Shown here in pieces: positions 40,646-58,200 of a stretch of 64,000 bases of DNA (the stretch's first letter is position 1; the number at the start of each line of letters is the position of its first letter). The notes below the pieces were generated by a model. That model was not told the origin of the DNA. It saw only the letters and a list, made by a program, of their open reading frames with translations, and did no database searches. Source of the DNA: Eledone cirrhosa (taxonomy: Eukaryota); contig OZ024749.1 in assembly GCA_964016885.1 (NCBI GenBank), positions 28,706,001 to 28,770,000 of the forward strand. The letters run 5' to 3'. A program made the translations under genes and the position numbers.

Positions 40646-41397
40646 TTCCTCATCACCCACACAAAATATCTCCGCTCGCAGTATAATTGATATCATATTT
40701 GTAACAATTATCAACATGTTATAATGTTATAACAATTTTTACTACTGGAGAAAACATTTCATATTTAAAGTCTGAAATATTTTAATAAACAGACAGGTGG
40801 TTAACAGCGGTTGCCGGCATCGATACCGATTACGATCTATTTTATTCGATAGAGAACCACTTGGCATCAACCCCGGTTTTATGATACTGTATGTTTTTAT
40901 ATTGTTTCTATTTATCTAAGTTCTCTGAATTATAATTTTATTTAAGAACCTTTGTTAAGTTACGCTCCAAACACCAGCTTCACAAAGAAAGTTAGTTATA
41001 TTACTAAATCCCTTTAAATTCTTTTGAAAATTATTAGAAATATGGTAACGAAAGGACTAAGGTCCTTATATCTATCTAAAAACCTTTCATCTTAATTTTA
41101 AGTAATAACTGTGTTAAGTTATGTTCCAATTTCCAGATTAATTATGAGTATTGATTATTAATTATGAAATTTGATTCTATTTCTAAATCCCTGCAAATTC
41201 TTCTTTATTTGCAAATTGACTTGAGTCAAATTGATTTGTAATTCATGGGTAAAGAAACGGTTAAATATATCCTGTACCTCATGGTCTCAATATAAACAAA
41301 ACAGGTCTCACAGACGGAAGGGGAGAAACAGTGTATATACATAATACATACATACATTCATATATATACACACACACATATACACACACACACACAT

Positions 41398-41433
<36 letters not shown>

Positions 41434-41434
<1 letters not shown>

Positions 41435-41699
41435 GTTATGTAATAAACAACATAAGATAATTATTTCATTTACCAGTGGTTTCTTGAAGGCAGATATTTA
41501 TATCTGTTTTCAGTCGTCAGAATGAATAAAAACATTTTATTTTATTCCTTCTGACGACTGAAAACAGATATAAATATCTGCTTTCAAGAAACCACTGGTA
41601 AATGAAATAATTATCTTATGTTGTTTATTACATAACTAATAAGCTCTGTAACCTACATAGAGCACTCTTTTTTCCTGTACCTTTCCAACGGAATTACTT

Positions 41700-41700
<1 letters not shown>
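41434..41700 (+). mobile_element. Head-to-head palindromic HHR element
   Basis: + 41545-41606: ttcctt-CTGACGA-ctgaaaacagata(taaa)tatctgctttcaa-GAAA-CC(act)GG-TA-aatgaa; minus copy 41465-41526 has a perfect stem I. Confidence 0.85.
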
Positions 41701-41771
<71 letters not shown>

Positions 41772-41774
<3 letters not shown>

Positions 41775-42180
41775 TGGCTGCCAACTCGTTTTCGAGTACG
41801 GCCACTACTTTATATCCATGTAGGAGAACCCCTACCGATGCGCTGAACGAGTGTGACTTTTTAGTCCAGCCTGCGACATGAAAACTCTGGTACAAACACT
41901 ACACTTGTAACAATTATTGACACATAGTGCTGGGCCCATGGTACCATGTGATGACAAGTGCAGAGAGATCTCCAGATATAAAGCAATGCCTGTGCCGTGA
42001 AGCTTTTATAGTGAGCAAAGGCACTGCACAAAGCCAGTCCCACTCTCTTAACCAAGATATTTACCAAAAAGAAGAACAAGTCAACATCATTGGATACCAT
42101 CAGGGTTGCAGGTGTTATATCAGAGTTTTCCTTCTCCTAGAATTCTGCCTTGACAAAGGCTAAGGGGTCATCTCTCCCTG
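41772..42180 (-). mobile_element. Unclassified interspersed repeat of about 370-400 bp; near-identical inverted partner at 47505-47878
   Basis: Both copies share the same terminus (gagttggcagccacc) abutting (AT)n. Confidence 0.8.
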
Positions 42181-42436
42181 TATATATATATACAGACATA
42201 CATACATGTGTATGCATGCTCCTAAATCTACACTGTTTCTTCCCATCTGTCTGTGAGACCTGTGTTTTTTTATGTGGAAGCAATGCGATACAGGATATAT
42301 TTAGCCGTTTCATATATATATATAACACAAAAAATAGATGGCCAAGGGTTAACAATGAATACATAATTTATTTGATTTACAGATGTTTCATTCTTCGCCA
42401 ATCTAAAACAATCACATTAGAGCTATAAATATCTGA

Positions 42437-42542
<106 letters not shown>

Positions 42543-42760
42543 TTCGGTTTGCTTTTATCCGTCTATGTTGTTTACTTGTCCCCCTCGCTTTACGCGATTT
42601 ACTGGTCCCAATAACTTTTTTTAGTTATTGCTCGCACCAACCTGAGGTATATGATTTTTAATGCGATGAAATACCAATGATGGTTGGAAAATCACTGACG
42701 AAGGACTATTTTTATCATATGTAACCCATGTGCAACCACGCAGTATTCTTCTTTCTTCTC

Positions 42761-42839
<79 letters not shown>

Positions 42840-42851
42840 ATGTATATATCC

Positions 42852-42912
<61 letters not shown>

Positions 42913-43246
42913 TGTCTGATAAAGTCTATTAGAGCCAAACCTTCGAGATCACTGCCTCCTTTTCGTATGTGAAATATAATTTACACTTGAATTGTACGTA
43001 TTGAGTGCTCATTCAGTTAATATTTTACTGTTTCTACATATATTTATGTATAAAACACAGACAGACAGACAGACAGGCACACACACACACACACGCACAC
43101 TCAAACACAGACACACACAGATATATCTATATATTATAGTTTCCCAAGTTGGGTCGGGGTGTACCAGTTAAAAAAGGAACTCAATACATTGGTAGAGTAT
43201 GGGCATTATTTATTTATTATATATAAAACAAATGCATATATCGTTC

Positions 43247-43303
<57 letters not shown>

Positions 43304-43400
43304 ATATATATATATATATATATGTGTGTGTATGTATGTATATATATATGTGTGTGTGTATATGTATATATATATATGTGTGTGTGTATGTATATATATG

Positions 43401-43466
<66 letters not shown>

Positions 43467-44414
43467 CACACATAAATGTATATATATATATATATACACT
43501 CACATACATAAAACATCTTTCATCTTTTATTTCCCATTTGAGGAAGGACTAGTGTCCAAGACGTTAAAGACTTTTTTTCCTACTATATCAAGCATTAAAC
43601 TAATATATTTTTTCATTGTACTGTGTCGTTTGCTTTGTTATTTCTGTTAAGTTTTTACGTACATATATCTCCATTTCCTCTAAGCGAGAACCTAATAAGA
43701 CTTATTTTTGCATCACTGTGTTTGTTTTGTTTCATTTATCAACTATATTTGTAATAGCCTTATATATATGTTGTAACCATTGCAAATAACAAACAAATCT
43801 CCAAATTCCAGTCTTGTTACACGTTCATCATGCTCTTGTTTACATTCTAAGAATCGAAAAAAAAAATATGAGTATCAAATTAATGGAAAGTAATGATAGA
43901 ATTCTCCTTGGTGTAGTGGCAACACGGCCTTCCGTCATACGACAGTGACATCGTCCGATTCCAACTTGTAATTGTAGTCAGTGACATAGTGTTATATAGT
44001 TGGTTTTATTCAACTATATTACAGTAATATAATCTTCTATTTTAATCTTACGACACATCCCTCAACCCATTAAATAAATAAATATATCATATTCAGCGTG
44101 TAATATATTTCAATATAAAGAGAGTTAGTTCGTAATGGTTGTCAGCAGAAAAATAAACATAACTTCGATTGAGATGTATTGTATATTGCAATGTCCCCAA
44201 GTGAGGAACAACTGTGACAAAGGAACTGGGAAAGAGTGTAATATTGCCAATTAGGGACCATATTAAGGTACAAGGAGAGTCCAGTATCGTAAAATATTGG
44301 AATATATTCTGTGATGAAAAATCCAGGAAAAGAAGATCTTGTCACTAAATTTATTTTGTTTGTATATCTATTTTATCTCCACCCCCACTCTCTTCCCCCT
44401 CTCTCTCACACACA

Positions 44415-44505
<91 letters not shown>

Positions 44506-44677
44506 CAAATAGGGGGAAGAGAGAGTGAGAGAGAGAGAAATGTGTGTGTGTGGATGTTTAAGTATTTGTATATATATTCCCATATGTGTGTGTGTATGCA
44601 TGATTGGATGAATGTAGGGATATTTGCGATCACGCATAACTTAATTCTACGGACACATACACACATACTGATATATA

Positions 44678-44710
<33 letters not shown>

Positions 44711-44739
44711 CATACGTAGATATACACACACACACACGC

Positions 44740-44940
44740 GCGAGAAAAACCACAAACCCTCCATCTCAATTCTACTTTTGAAAAGCACAAGAACTGCGAA
44801 ACCGGTAAAGGAACCAAATAAATATATATTTATTTACAGAAGAGTCCAGTTGCATTTTCGATTTCATCTTTTTTCCTTATACTTTCACTTGTGTAGGACA
44901 TCTCGTTTTTTTCATTTTGTAAAAAAACCTCACTTTCTAA
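44740..44940 (+). mobile_element. (AT)n-associated element with U3-A8 variant HHR (44775-44810); relative at 49624-49845
   Basis: ctt-TTGAAAA-gca(caagaac)tgc-GAAA-CCGG-TA-aag. Confidence 0.68.
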
Positions 44941-45141
44941 TATATATATATATATATATATAAGTATTGAAGTTTCCGTTGAAAACAGAAAAAGTCATAG
45001 GAGTGAAGAGTGCTCTATGTAAGTACCAGAGCAAAATTTAATTTATAAAAAACAACAATACAATATAATTACCTCATTACCAGAGGTTTCCCGAATAAGG
45101 CGAATACGAAAGAAACGTCTTCATTCGTTCGTCGGACGAGG

Positions 45142-45196
<55 letters not shown>

Positions 45197-45690
45197 TAGA
45201 TATATACAAATATCTAGAGACACATGAATATGTATATATAATACACATATTCATCTGTGTATGTGTATGTATATACATGCAAATATTTGCGTATATACGT
45301 ATGTATATATATATATATATGTATGTTTGTATGTATGTTTAAAAATATTCACTTCAACAAGCATTCAGTATTGGTTCTCTTCTTAAACAAAAATCCCATA
45401 TATAAATATACATACATACATATATACACATACATATATACATACATATATAAATGCATACGTACATGTATACTTGCATACATTAGTTCATAAAAATTTA
45501 ATCATAGTTTTTTTTTAAAGAGAGTTGCATAAAGAATTGTGGTTATCTAATAATTATCATTTATTTATTTTGTACGGACCGGTTTTAACTTCGGATAGCA
45601 TTGCAAAGCTTCATTTTCTAGATATTGTATATTTTATAAAGTTCAGAGTGTGTTATATAAATATATCGATCACATATACTGATATTACTG

Positions 45691-45823
45691 ATTGTTTCTG
45701 GGGAAGACGGTGAGAGGGATATATTATATCGATACTAATATTATGGAGTTACATAACTATTATCAATTAGTCACTATATCGATTTATCATGATCGATCAA
45801 CCATCTGAAACGATCGTAAAAAT
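45691..45823 (+). ncRNA. Degenerate HHR with long stem-II insertion
   Basis: attgttt-CTGGGGA-agacgg...ccatct-GAAA-CGATCG-TA-aaaat; core mutated. Confidence 0.45.
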
Positions 45824-45871
45824 AAGAAATGATTAAGCAGTAAACTTCACCTTTAGTTTTCATTGTTGAAC

Positions 45872-45995
<124 letters not shown>

Positions 45996-46107
45996 CTATA
46001 TATATATATAATGTGTATATGATATGTGTATATATTTATATATCTATATAATATGTGTATATGATATGAGTATTTATTATATATATAAATAAATAAATAT
46101 ATATTTA

Positions 46108-46180
<73 letters not shown>

Positions 46181-46200
46181 ATATATGTATATATGTATAT

Positions 46201-46250
<50 letters not shown>

Positions 46251-46366
46251 TACATCTACCAACATATGCGTACTGATGTACACTAATACTAGTAAATATA
46301 TAAGTCATGTCAAAGTACCTAGGTGGTTCAATGCAGGGGGATGCAGAACAATTATATGAAAGACGT

Positions 46367-46425
<59 letters not shown>

Positions 46426-46452
46426 GATGCAGAACAATTATATGAAAGACGT

Positions 46453-46559
<107 letters not shown>

Positions 46560-46560
46560 G

Positions 46561-46634
<74 letters not shown>

Positions 46635-46835
46635 CGTATATTTGTATTATTTATGAAGCCAAAGTAAGGTTTTACTATATTACTTTCATTTAACTTCTTT
46701 TGTTTTTGTAAAAGAAGAAAATTGATTATTTTTCAATTATCGCTTTATTATTATTTTAATTATTAATCTTCTTCTTCTTATACACACACACACACATACA
46801 CACACGCACACACACATATATATATACATATGTAA

Positions 46836-46907
<72 letters not shown>

Positions 46908-46909
<2 letters not shown>

Positions 46910-47097
46910 CGAAGGAAATGTGGTAAGGAACCAGGTGGACCATAACGCACCAAAGTACTCAATACTTAGGGTAGTAGAGTGGGTAATAGGAACAAGTAAG
47001 ACCCCGACGGCTGAGCTCAAGCCGTTTCGACGGCTAATTCTGGTACAGAATTAGCCGTCGAAACGGCTTGAGCTCAGCCGTCGGGGTCTTACTTGTT

Positions 47098-47100
<3 letters not shown>
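46908..47100 (-). mobile_element. Family B head-to-head palindromic insertion in (AT)n
   Basis: Perfect palindrome centred near 47043; homologous to 17643-17890. Confidence 0.82.
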
Positions 47101-47132
<32 letters not shown>

Positions 47133-47504
47133 GTATATATATATGCACACACAGACGCACACACATATATACATTCATGTATATATGTGTGTATATATAC
47201 TTAAATGTATTTAAGACAAGATAAAGAATTCATATAGCAAAGTTATTGGTGAGTTCACAGAAGACCGTAGGGAAATTGTTATTTTGTACGCTTGAGCATC
47301 CTACGTTAGAGTTGTAGGTTTCAAGGGAGTCCATGTTGACGTTTCAAATTGATATTGACTTTCGATCAATTCTCATTAAATATCGATTACTGCATTTGTC
47401 AGTCCAGTGTATTTATGCACTCCAACCTAACCCTACCCACACATTTTGTTTTCTCTTTATCTCTTCCTCTATCTATCTCTACACACACGCATTTATATAT
47501 GTAT

Positions 47505-47878
47505 GTCTAGGAGAAGGAAACCTCTGATATAACACCTTCAACCCTGATGGTATCCAATGATGTTGACTTGTTCTTCTTTTTGGTAAATATCATCTTGGTT
47601 AAGAGAGTGGGACTGGCTTTGTGCAGTGCCTTTGCTCACTATAAAAGCTTCACGGCACAGGCATTGCTTTATATCTGGAGATCTCTCTGCACTTGTCGTC
47701 ACATGGTACCATGGGCCCAGCACTATGTGTCAGTAATTGTCACAAGTGTAGTGTTTGTACCAGAGTTTTCAAGTCGCTGGCTGGACTAAAAAGTCACATT
47801 CGTTCAGTGCATCGGTGGGGGTTCTCCTACATGGATATAAAGTAGTGGCCGTACTCGAAAACGAGTTGGCAGCCACCA
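47505..47878 (+). mobile_element. Second copy of the unclassified repeat (inverted relative to 41772-42180)
   Basis: Near-identical reverse complement. Confidence 0.8.
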
Positions 47879-47996
47879 TATATATATACACATACATATA
47901 TATATATACATACATATTTCAATATATATATATATACTGAATCAGTTATAAACATTTATATTTGTTGAATTACCAACAAATTGAATAACCCTTCTG

Positions 47997-48153
<157 letters not shown>

Positions 48154-48200
48154 ACATATTTAAGTACACACATACATAAATATACACTGATATATATATA

Positions 48201-48251
48201 AGCTTCCTGATGATTTCTCACGAATGAAACAGTTCTAGTCCTGTAGAAGCT
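48201..48251 (+). ncRNA. Solo type I HHR with true stem III, sense to the Shox intron
   Basis: agcttc-CTGATGA-tttc(tcac)gaat-GAAA-CAG(ttctagtc)CTG-TA-gaagct. Confidence 0.82.
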
Positions 48252-48253
48252 CT

Positions 48254-48287
<34 letters not shown>

Positions 48288-48440
48288 CATAGATATATAT
48301 ATATGAATATGTGTGTGTATGTGTGTGTGTGCGTGTGCGTGTGTACGTATGTAGCCAGTCATTGTAGTGATAGATGATGACCGTGAGAGTTGATATATTA
48401 TATATAAATAGATAAATACTGATGCAAACAGATAGACATT

Positions 48441-48477
<37 letters not shown>

Positions 48478-48569
48478 TAATGCACACAATCAAACATTAC
48501 TCACACTCAAATATTAAAATATTATTAACATGGAGATGAGTCCTTTAGTGCATGACTGGCCTACTTATA

Positions 48570-48664
<95 letters not shown>

Positions 48665-48757
48665 GTATATATATTTTTTTATGGATGCATTTATATATAT
48701 ATCTATCTATCTATATATATATATGTAGGTATGTATGTATATATATATTTTTTTTAT

Positions 48758-48817
<60 letters not shown>

Positions 48818-48942
48818 ATAATAATAATAATAGTAATAATAATAAATTTGAAGACTAAAATCCAAAGAGGGCTCGATAAGGATAAATATATATCAAATAT
48901 ATAAGAACCGTAGAGGTTATATTTTGCTTAAGCTTTAATCTG

Positions 48943-49019
<77 letters not shown>

Positions 49020-49244
49020 TACTTGGGGAGGGTCATATTTGTGTAATATTGCCAGAATTCATAACAGAACACACTCACTGTTTGGTTGGTTTTCGCTTCT
49101 GTGTCTTTTATATCGGTTAATTTAATTTATTCGGACCTCAATGTTGCCATTGACTGACCAACGGTCAAAAATACAGACACAATATAGACACAAACACATA
49201 TATATAGTCTATCAAAGTTCTTTCGTTGCACATCTGCAACATCG

Positions 49245-49384
<140 letters not shown>

Positions 49385-49387
49385 ATA

Positions 49388-49601
49388 TTACGTTATTCCG
49401 GGTTGAATCGGAGGTAACCACAGTAAGTAAGGTACTCAATACATTGCAGAGTATAAAAGTTTTAATATAGATGAGATTCTACAGGACTAGAACTGTTTCA
49501 TTCTTTAGAAATCATCAGGAATCTGGGTATACTTATTTTTTGATACCCAGATTCCTGATGATTTCTAAAGAATGAAACAGTTCTAGTCCTGTAGAATCTC
49601 A

Positions 49602-49610
<9 letters not shown>
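49388..49610 (-). mobile_element. Head-to-head palindromic HHR element (same family as 48201 and 54085-54183)
   Basis: HHR on - at 49474-49524 and on + at 49549-49599: agattc-CTGATGA-tttc(taaa)gaat-GAAA-CAG..CTG-TA-gaatct. Confidence 0.85.
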
Positions 49611-49646
<36 letters not shown>

Positions 49647-50004
49647 TCAAACCACACCAGAAACACAAACCCTCCATCTCAATTTTAATTTTGAAAACCA
49701 TAACTGTGAAACCGGTAAAGTAAATAAATAAATATTCTTAAATGACTCCAGTTACATTTTCAATTTCATTTCCTTATACTTTAACCCTTGTAGTACATTT
49801 CATTAAACATTTAAAAAAAAAAAAAAAAAATCCTCATTTTCTTATATATATGTATATAATCCCGCCGAGGTTAGCTTTCCCTTTCATCCTTACGGGGTCG
49901 ATAAAATAAAGTACCAGTAATACACTGGGATAATTGCTGGCCTTGTGCCAAAAGTAGAAACAAATATATATATATTATATATATAAATACACACACACAC
50001 ACAG

Positions 50005-50050
<46 letters not shown>

Positions 50051-50100
50051 GTATATATATGTACATATGTATTCATATATATTATATGTATATATACATG

Positions 50101-50296
<196 letters not shown>

Positions 50297-50687
50297 ACAT
50301 ATATATACATATATATATATATATGTATGTGTTAGATATATGTATGTATATATATATATAGATATCTATACATATATTTACATAATATAGAGATAGAGAG
50401 GCTGAGAAGGAGGAAGGGAAGCAAAGTGGCATCATCATCATCATTATCATCATCATCCTTTCAGAGACATGCCTATATACATCGTTCTAACACATTTCTC
50501 CAAATTTCCGCGATGAGGGGCTGAACCTGAAACGGTCGTTCCACTATCAACACGCCTTTTCATCTAATTCTTGCCGTCACACACCATCACTAGCATTAAA
50601 ACTCTACATAGCAGCATTCATTTCAATGATCTTCGAGTTCGTTTTAATTCCTTTGATTCATACGCCAGTATTTATATCTATCTATCG

Positions 50688-50739
<52 letters not shown>

Positions 50740-51119
50740 GATTCTTTTTTTCAAATACCACTTTGGAAGAAGAATCAGGATGGAGAGAGAGGTGCTGTAC
50801 CCCAGCAAGTTTTATGAAAGGTGGGTGAAAGTGGCGAGAATGGCCCGAGTGAATGGGCCTTCTCTCTATATCAGCCTGTAGGTTGAGGAAAAGGAGGAGG
50901 AGAGGAAAGGAGTACAAGCTCTTCGTACTCCTGGAGATGAGGGTTGCACATTTTTTTTCGGGGGTATGTGTTACCCATATAAACTGTCTCCCTCTATTGG
51001 GGAAAATCGACTAACTTTTTAAATTCCATTTGTGATAATATTTTACACGTTTTTATTGTATGTAAACTTCCCCCTTTGTATTTGTCCCCTTCTTTTGTGC
51101 CCCTGTGGCTAATAAAGAA

Positions 51120-51190
<71 letters not shown>

Positions 51191-51305
51191 GATCTATCTT
51201 TTAAATTGCATTTGTGATAACATTTTACACGTTTTTATTGTATGTAAACTTCCCCCTTTGTATTTGTCCCCTTCTTTTGTGCACCTGTGGCTAATAAAGA
51301 AACAT
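50740..51305 (+). mobile_element. L1/Tx1-like LINE 3' end within (ATCT)n, terminal 100 bp duplicated
   Basis: FFKYHFGRRIRMEREVLYPSKFYERWVKVARMARVNG; ends ctaataaagaaa(tcta)n; 51020-51120 repeated at 51200-51305. Confidence 0.7.
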
Positions 51306-51313
51306 ATCTATCG

Positions 51314-51349
<36 letters not shown>

Positions 51350-51570
51350 CTTTCTATTCATCTGTATAAAATAGAGAGGTAAATCGATAGATAGATAGAT
51401 TTGTATATATATGTTTACGCACACATATGTATATAACATGATGTAAATATAAATATTTATCAGAATTTTATATACTTATATATATATATATATATACACA
51501 TGCATATATACATATATATTTATATATATATGTGTATATATGATGCACGATATTTATAATAAATTGGTAT

Positions 51571-52187
<617 letters not shown>

Positions 52188-52230
52188 TACGATATTAATG
52201 AATGGAAACTATATTTATAAAACCATATTT

Positions 52231-52293
52231 ATTTCATTATACATATTTCAGGGATAACAAATTAAATTATGGTATGCCTTCATCAGACAAAAT
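52231..52293 (-). ncRNA. Minimal type I HHR
   Basis: Minus strand: attttgt-CTGATGA-aggcata...tatccct-GAAA-TATGTA-TA-atgaaat. Confidence 0.65.
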
Positions 52294-52381
52294 ACAATAT
52301 ATAACAGTTTTACAAATAAGCTTTGACGTACCCTATTAAAATGCAACCATTATATCCCAACAATTTTAAATAGAACTTTTG

Positions 52382-52432
<51 letters not shown>

Positions 52433-52485
52433 TAATAAAACAATGAATAAACAAAGAAACAGTTCCTTATATTAAAAAAAATTTC

Positions 52486-52623
52486 ATCATTTTACGATCG
52501 TTTCTAGGATATATATGTGTTAGAGTTGGTATGCATATTCTATAGATCTATGTACAATATTTATACAAACTATCAGAGGGAATATACATACCTACACATA
52601 TATATGCTGTCTTCAGAAATAAT
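52486..52623 (-). ncRNA. HHR with long stem-II region
   Basis: Minus strand: attattt-CTGAAGA-(about 105 nt)-GAAA-CGATCG-TA-aaatgat. Confidence 0.55.
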
Positions 52624-52663
52624 CCTTCTCTCTTCTCTTAAAAAAATGCGATCGTTTCTAGGA

Positions 52664-52784
<121 letters not shown>

Positions 52785-53019
52785 ATATTGGGCAGTATGT
52801 AGCCACCATTGTCTAATTAAAGTGTAATTATTACTATTTCAGCGACAATATAAACAATGTTTAAGAACAATATAGAAAATTAATTTCAAAACCATTCATA
52901 TTAATTACCTGATTATTTTAGCCAATTAATTAACGATGTTAATTGTGATAAATAATCTAGGCCTAACTATAAACGGTTGTACCCTCATTTCCTCTCACTT
53001 AACTATATATATATATGTA

Positions 53020-53224
<205 letters not shown>

Positions 53225-53242
53225 ATATATATAGTTAAGTGC

Positions 53243-53314
<72 letters not shown>

Positions 53315-53341
53315 TATATATATGTGTATATATATATATAT

Positions 53342-53372
<31 letters not shown>

Positions 53373-53513
53373 ATATATATATATATGTATATGTATATAT
53401 ACTCGTTTAATTAATTATATTTATATGTATATTCACTTCAGTTAACATATCGTAATTTCGATTAAATATGGAGACCATATTTCCACATCGTGGAACATGT
53501 GTTTATATGTATG

Positions 53514-53553
<40 letters not shown>

Positions 53554-53660
53554 TTTATATATATATGACTATATATATATATATGACTATATATATATAT
53601 ATACATATATAAATATAAATATATATATATATAATAAATATATATAATAAATAAATAAAG

Positions 53661-53720
<60 letters not shown>

Positions 53721-54036
53721 TTATGTGCGCGCGCGCGTGTGTGTGTGTATGTATATGTATAGATAGAAATATGTGTATGTATATGTATAGATAGAAATAT
53801 GTGTATGCCTATGTATATGTACATACACACGGACACACACACACATGCATGTTTATAAATAATTAAACTTTTCACATTAATACACTATATATATATATAT
53901 AGTAATAATAATAAATTTGAAGACTAAAATCCAAAGAGGGCTCGTTAGGGATAAATATATATCAAATATATAAGAACCGTAGAGCAAATATTTATTAAGG
54001 GTGAAAGCATCGATTATTCGCTTAAACTTTAATCTG

Positions 54037-54087
<51 letters not shown>

Positions 54088-54181
54088 AAAGAGCTTCTAC
54101 AGGACTAGTACTGTTTCATTCAGTGCCATGTATTGAGTACCTTACTTACTGTGGTTATCCCCGACTCAACCCGGGACCTAC

Positions 54182-54221
<40 letters not shown>

Positions 54222-54383
54222 CTAAACGTTACAAATCAATACACTATATATACATATATAATTAGAGGTGAAACTGCACTAATGTGCACCCTGTAGTTAT
54301 ACATATATTATATTTTATGTACACACACCCATACACACACACACACGCACACGCATATGCACACTCATACACACACACATATA

Positions 54384-54429
<46 letters not shown>

Positions 54430-54474
54430 TATATAAATGTTTATATATATATGCATATGCATATATGTATATGT

Positions 54475-54535
<61 letters not shown>

Positions 54536-54826
54536 TATATTGCGTTAAGAACTCAGAGTAGTCTCTTACAATTAAATAGCTCTAAGAGAAAAGCGTTTCC
54601 GAGCCTTACAATATAATTGAATAAACAAAAGAGATGAGCACTAATATAAACATACATGTGTTCGAATCGTAAGGACCAAATTTGCTCGGGTGAAAAAATA
54701 CTAACTACACCAATTTGGTTTGTTATCCTTAACTTTAAATAATGAAAAATAAAGAAAAATAAAGAAAAATAAAGAAAAATTAAGAAAAATAAAGAAAAAT
54801 AACAGACCTATATTGGGCAAATATAC

Positions 54827-54885
<59 letters not shown>

Positions 54886-55139
54886 CACATACACACACAT
54901 ACACACATACATATGTGTGTGTATGTGTGTGTGTGTGTGTATTATCATTAATTAATATTAACCGTCTTCTCCACTTCTTTTTTCCTTCGTTATATATCTA
55001 TATATTTGTATATTTATTTATTACTTTTTGTTCATGGTTTTACTGATAATTTTTCAATATTTCTCACAATAATTTGTAAATATTCTCGTTATTTCTCGCC
55101 CCAAACTGCTGGTCTTGGGTCAATGTTAGACATCATCAT

Positions 55140-56170
55140 TATTGAGCGGTAGAGGGTCGGACGCCATGCTTTCCAGCATAGTTACGTCCCTTTACGGTCT
55201 GAGTTCAAATCCTTACCGGGTCGAAAAAATAAAGTACCAGTAATGAACTGGTTATTTGCTGACCTTGTGCCAAAAGTAGAAACAATTATTGACGACGGCA
55301 TTTGACTAGCAGAATCGGTAGAGCGTCGGATGGAAAAATATTTTGCATTATTTAGTGACGGCGGTGGATTGGCTGTATTGGTAGAGGGTCGGACGCCATG
55401 CTTTGCAGCATAGAGTTACGACCCTTTACGTTATGAGTTCAAATCTCGCCGAGGTTATCTTTGCCTTTCATCCTTACGGGGTCGATAAAATAAAGTACCA
55501 GTAATGTACTGGGTAATTGCTGGCCTTGTGCCAAAAGTAGAAACAGTATTTAGTGACGGCTTTCTACGTTTCGAGTTACAATCCCGCCGAAGTCATATAT
55601 TTCTTTGATTCTTCCCGGTTCGGTAAAATAAAGAACCACTTAAATACTGGGTTCGATATAAACGTACTTACTCTTTCCCCTAAATTACAGGCCTTGGTTT
55701 TAGAAATTATTATTATCTGGATTGGCAGTATCGGTAGAGGGTCGTACGTCATGCTTTGACACATAGAGTTACGGCCCTTTCCATTCTGAGTTCAAATCCC
55801 GCCGAGGTCAACTTTGCCTTTCATCCTTATGGGGGTCGATAAAATAAAGTACCAGTAATGTACTGGGTAATTGCTGGCCTTATGCCAAAAGTAGAAACAA
55901 TTATTATCATCAGCACTTGTCGTTTGGAGTTCAAATCCCGCAGAGGTCATCCATGTCTTTCATTATCTGGGGTCGGTAAAATGAAATACCAGTTAAGTAC
56001 TGGAGTTAGTATAATAGTCCTTAATATTCTCGCAAAATTAAAGGCCTTGTGTTAGTTTTAAAAATAATTTTTATCATCAGCTCTTGACGTTTCGAGTTCA
56101 AATCCCGCGAAAAGCATCTATACCTTACAACGTCCCAGGGCCGATTAAATAAAGAAGCAGTTAAGTATTT
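55140..56170 (+). mobile_element. Nested or tandem cluster of about 6-7 SINE family 1 copies of different ages
   Basis: Repeated gagttcaaatccc B-box and gtcgataaaataaagtaccag body; clearest copies near 55359-55550 and 55717-55905. Confidence 0.85.
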
Positions 56171-56313
56171 ATAGGCTTAGAAAAAGGGTTATTGAAATAT
56201 CTATTATTATATGTCAATATAACTATATAACTGGTATATATAACGATAAGATGATGAGTTGTTAATAGTGAAAAGATCTAGGTTCACAAACAGATATAGA
56301 AGCCCTTATATGT

Positions 56314-56397
<84 letters not shown>

Positions 56398-56543
56398 AGG
56401 CATGCATTATATGCATAAATATGTATACATATATATTTATCTATGAATATATGAATGAATTTATTTATTCATGTATGAAGGTGCATATGTGTATGTATAT
56501 ATACATATATATGTGTATGTATATATACATATATATGCGTATG

Positions 56544-56605
<62 letters not shown>

Positions 56606-56682
56606 TATGTGTGTGTGTATGTATATATAAGTATGTATATATATATGTATATATAAATATAAATATATACATATACATATAT

Positions 56683-56724
<42 letters not shown>

Positions 56725-56763
56725 ATATATGTATATGTATATATTTATATTTATATATACATA

Positions 56764-56835
<72 letters not shown>

Positions 56836-57228
56836 TATATGTATACTTATATATATATAGATGGATAGTAATATTAAATATGTATATGTAAATATATGTA
56901 TATCCGTTTATGACTGATATTATTTGTGTGTCTATGTATACATGTAGTTGTATGTATGCGTGTGTGTGCGCGCGCGCGTGAGAGGACTTATATTTGAAAA
57001 TTAATCATGTTTGCCAAATATTGGAATTCTATTGTTGACAGGATGAACTAAACCTTATGGAAGACACACACACAAACACACACACATACACACATATACA
57101 CGCACATACACACACATATATATATATAGATAGATGTATATGGAAAATTGTGAAACATATCACGCACATGAGTCTACATACGTCTATGCATAATTACATA
57201 TATACACGCACACACGCACACACACACC

Positions 57229-57276
<48 letters not shown>

Positions 57277-57341
57277 ATATATAGTGTAAAATGGAACGGG
57301 AGAACAAAACAGAGAGGCAATACATATATATACATATATAT

Positions 57342-57434
<93 letters not shown>

Positions 57435-57468
57435 TATATACAAATATATATATACATATGTATGTGCG

Positions 57469-57499
<31 letters not shown>

Positions 57500-57643
57500 C
57501 TGGAGGCGGTAAAAACCAGTTAGACCATTACTCACCAGAGTACTCGATATTTGGGGTAGTAGTGTGGGAAATGAATATATAAATACATATATATATATAT
57601 AGATAGATATGTAGATAGATAGGTAGATACATACATATATATG

Positions 57644-57765
<122 letters not shown>

Positions 57766-57892
57766 TATATATAGGTAAAATATAAAAGTGATAATCCGCC
57801 CAGAATTTAAAGATTATTTTTTTCTTTAATCTGACAGCATGAATTTTGAATATTTTAATAATTGTTACATTGAGTGGATTTATGTTTTGTGA

Positions 57893-57935
57893 AATATTAC
57901 CGGTTTCGATTGAGATATAAATCTCATCAAATATC
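57893..57935 (-). ncRNA. Minimal HHR with C3U change
   Basis: Minus strand: gatat-TTGATGA-gatt(tatatctc)aatc-GAAA-CCGG-TA-atatt. Confidence 0.6.
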
Positions 57936-58028
57936 AGAAAGAGTTTGTTCTCATATTCTGTGAAAAGTTACAACACATATGTCGACTATAGATATACATA
58001 CATATATATATACATACATTTACATATC

Positions 58029-58071
<43 letters not shown>

Positions 58072-58074
<3 letters not shown>

Positions 58075-58200
58075 GAAAAATTGAACAGGGACAGAACAGA
58101 GAGGCAGTACAATAAATGTTTATTAAATTCACGCTCAGGAGAGTGGGGGGTAGGTGGGGGACGACGTTTCGGGCATAAGCCCTTCTTCAGGTGAGAAGAG
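58072..58200 (-). mobile_element. Penelope-type pLTR end with minimal HHR (58161-58192); tail relatives at 24023-24105 and 57283-57323
   Basis: Minus strand: ac-CTGAAGA-agggc(ttat)gccc-GAAA-CG-TC-gt; tail aaattgaac.ggga..aacagagaggcagtac. Confidence 0.72.

Noticed and set aside
40805-40817. 12-bp match (agcggttgccgg) to the 311-bp unit
   Set aside because: Homology does not extend; consistent with chance
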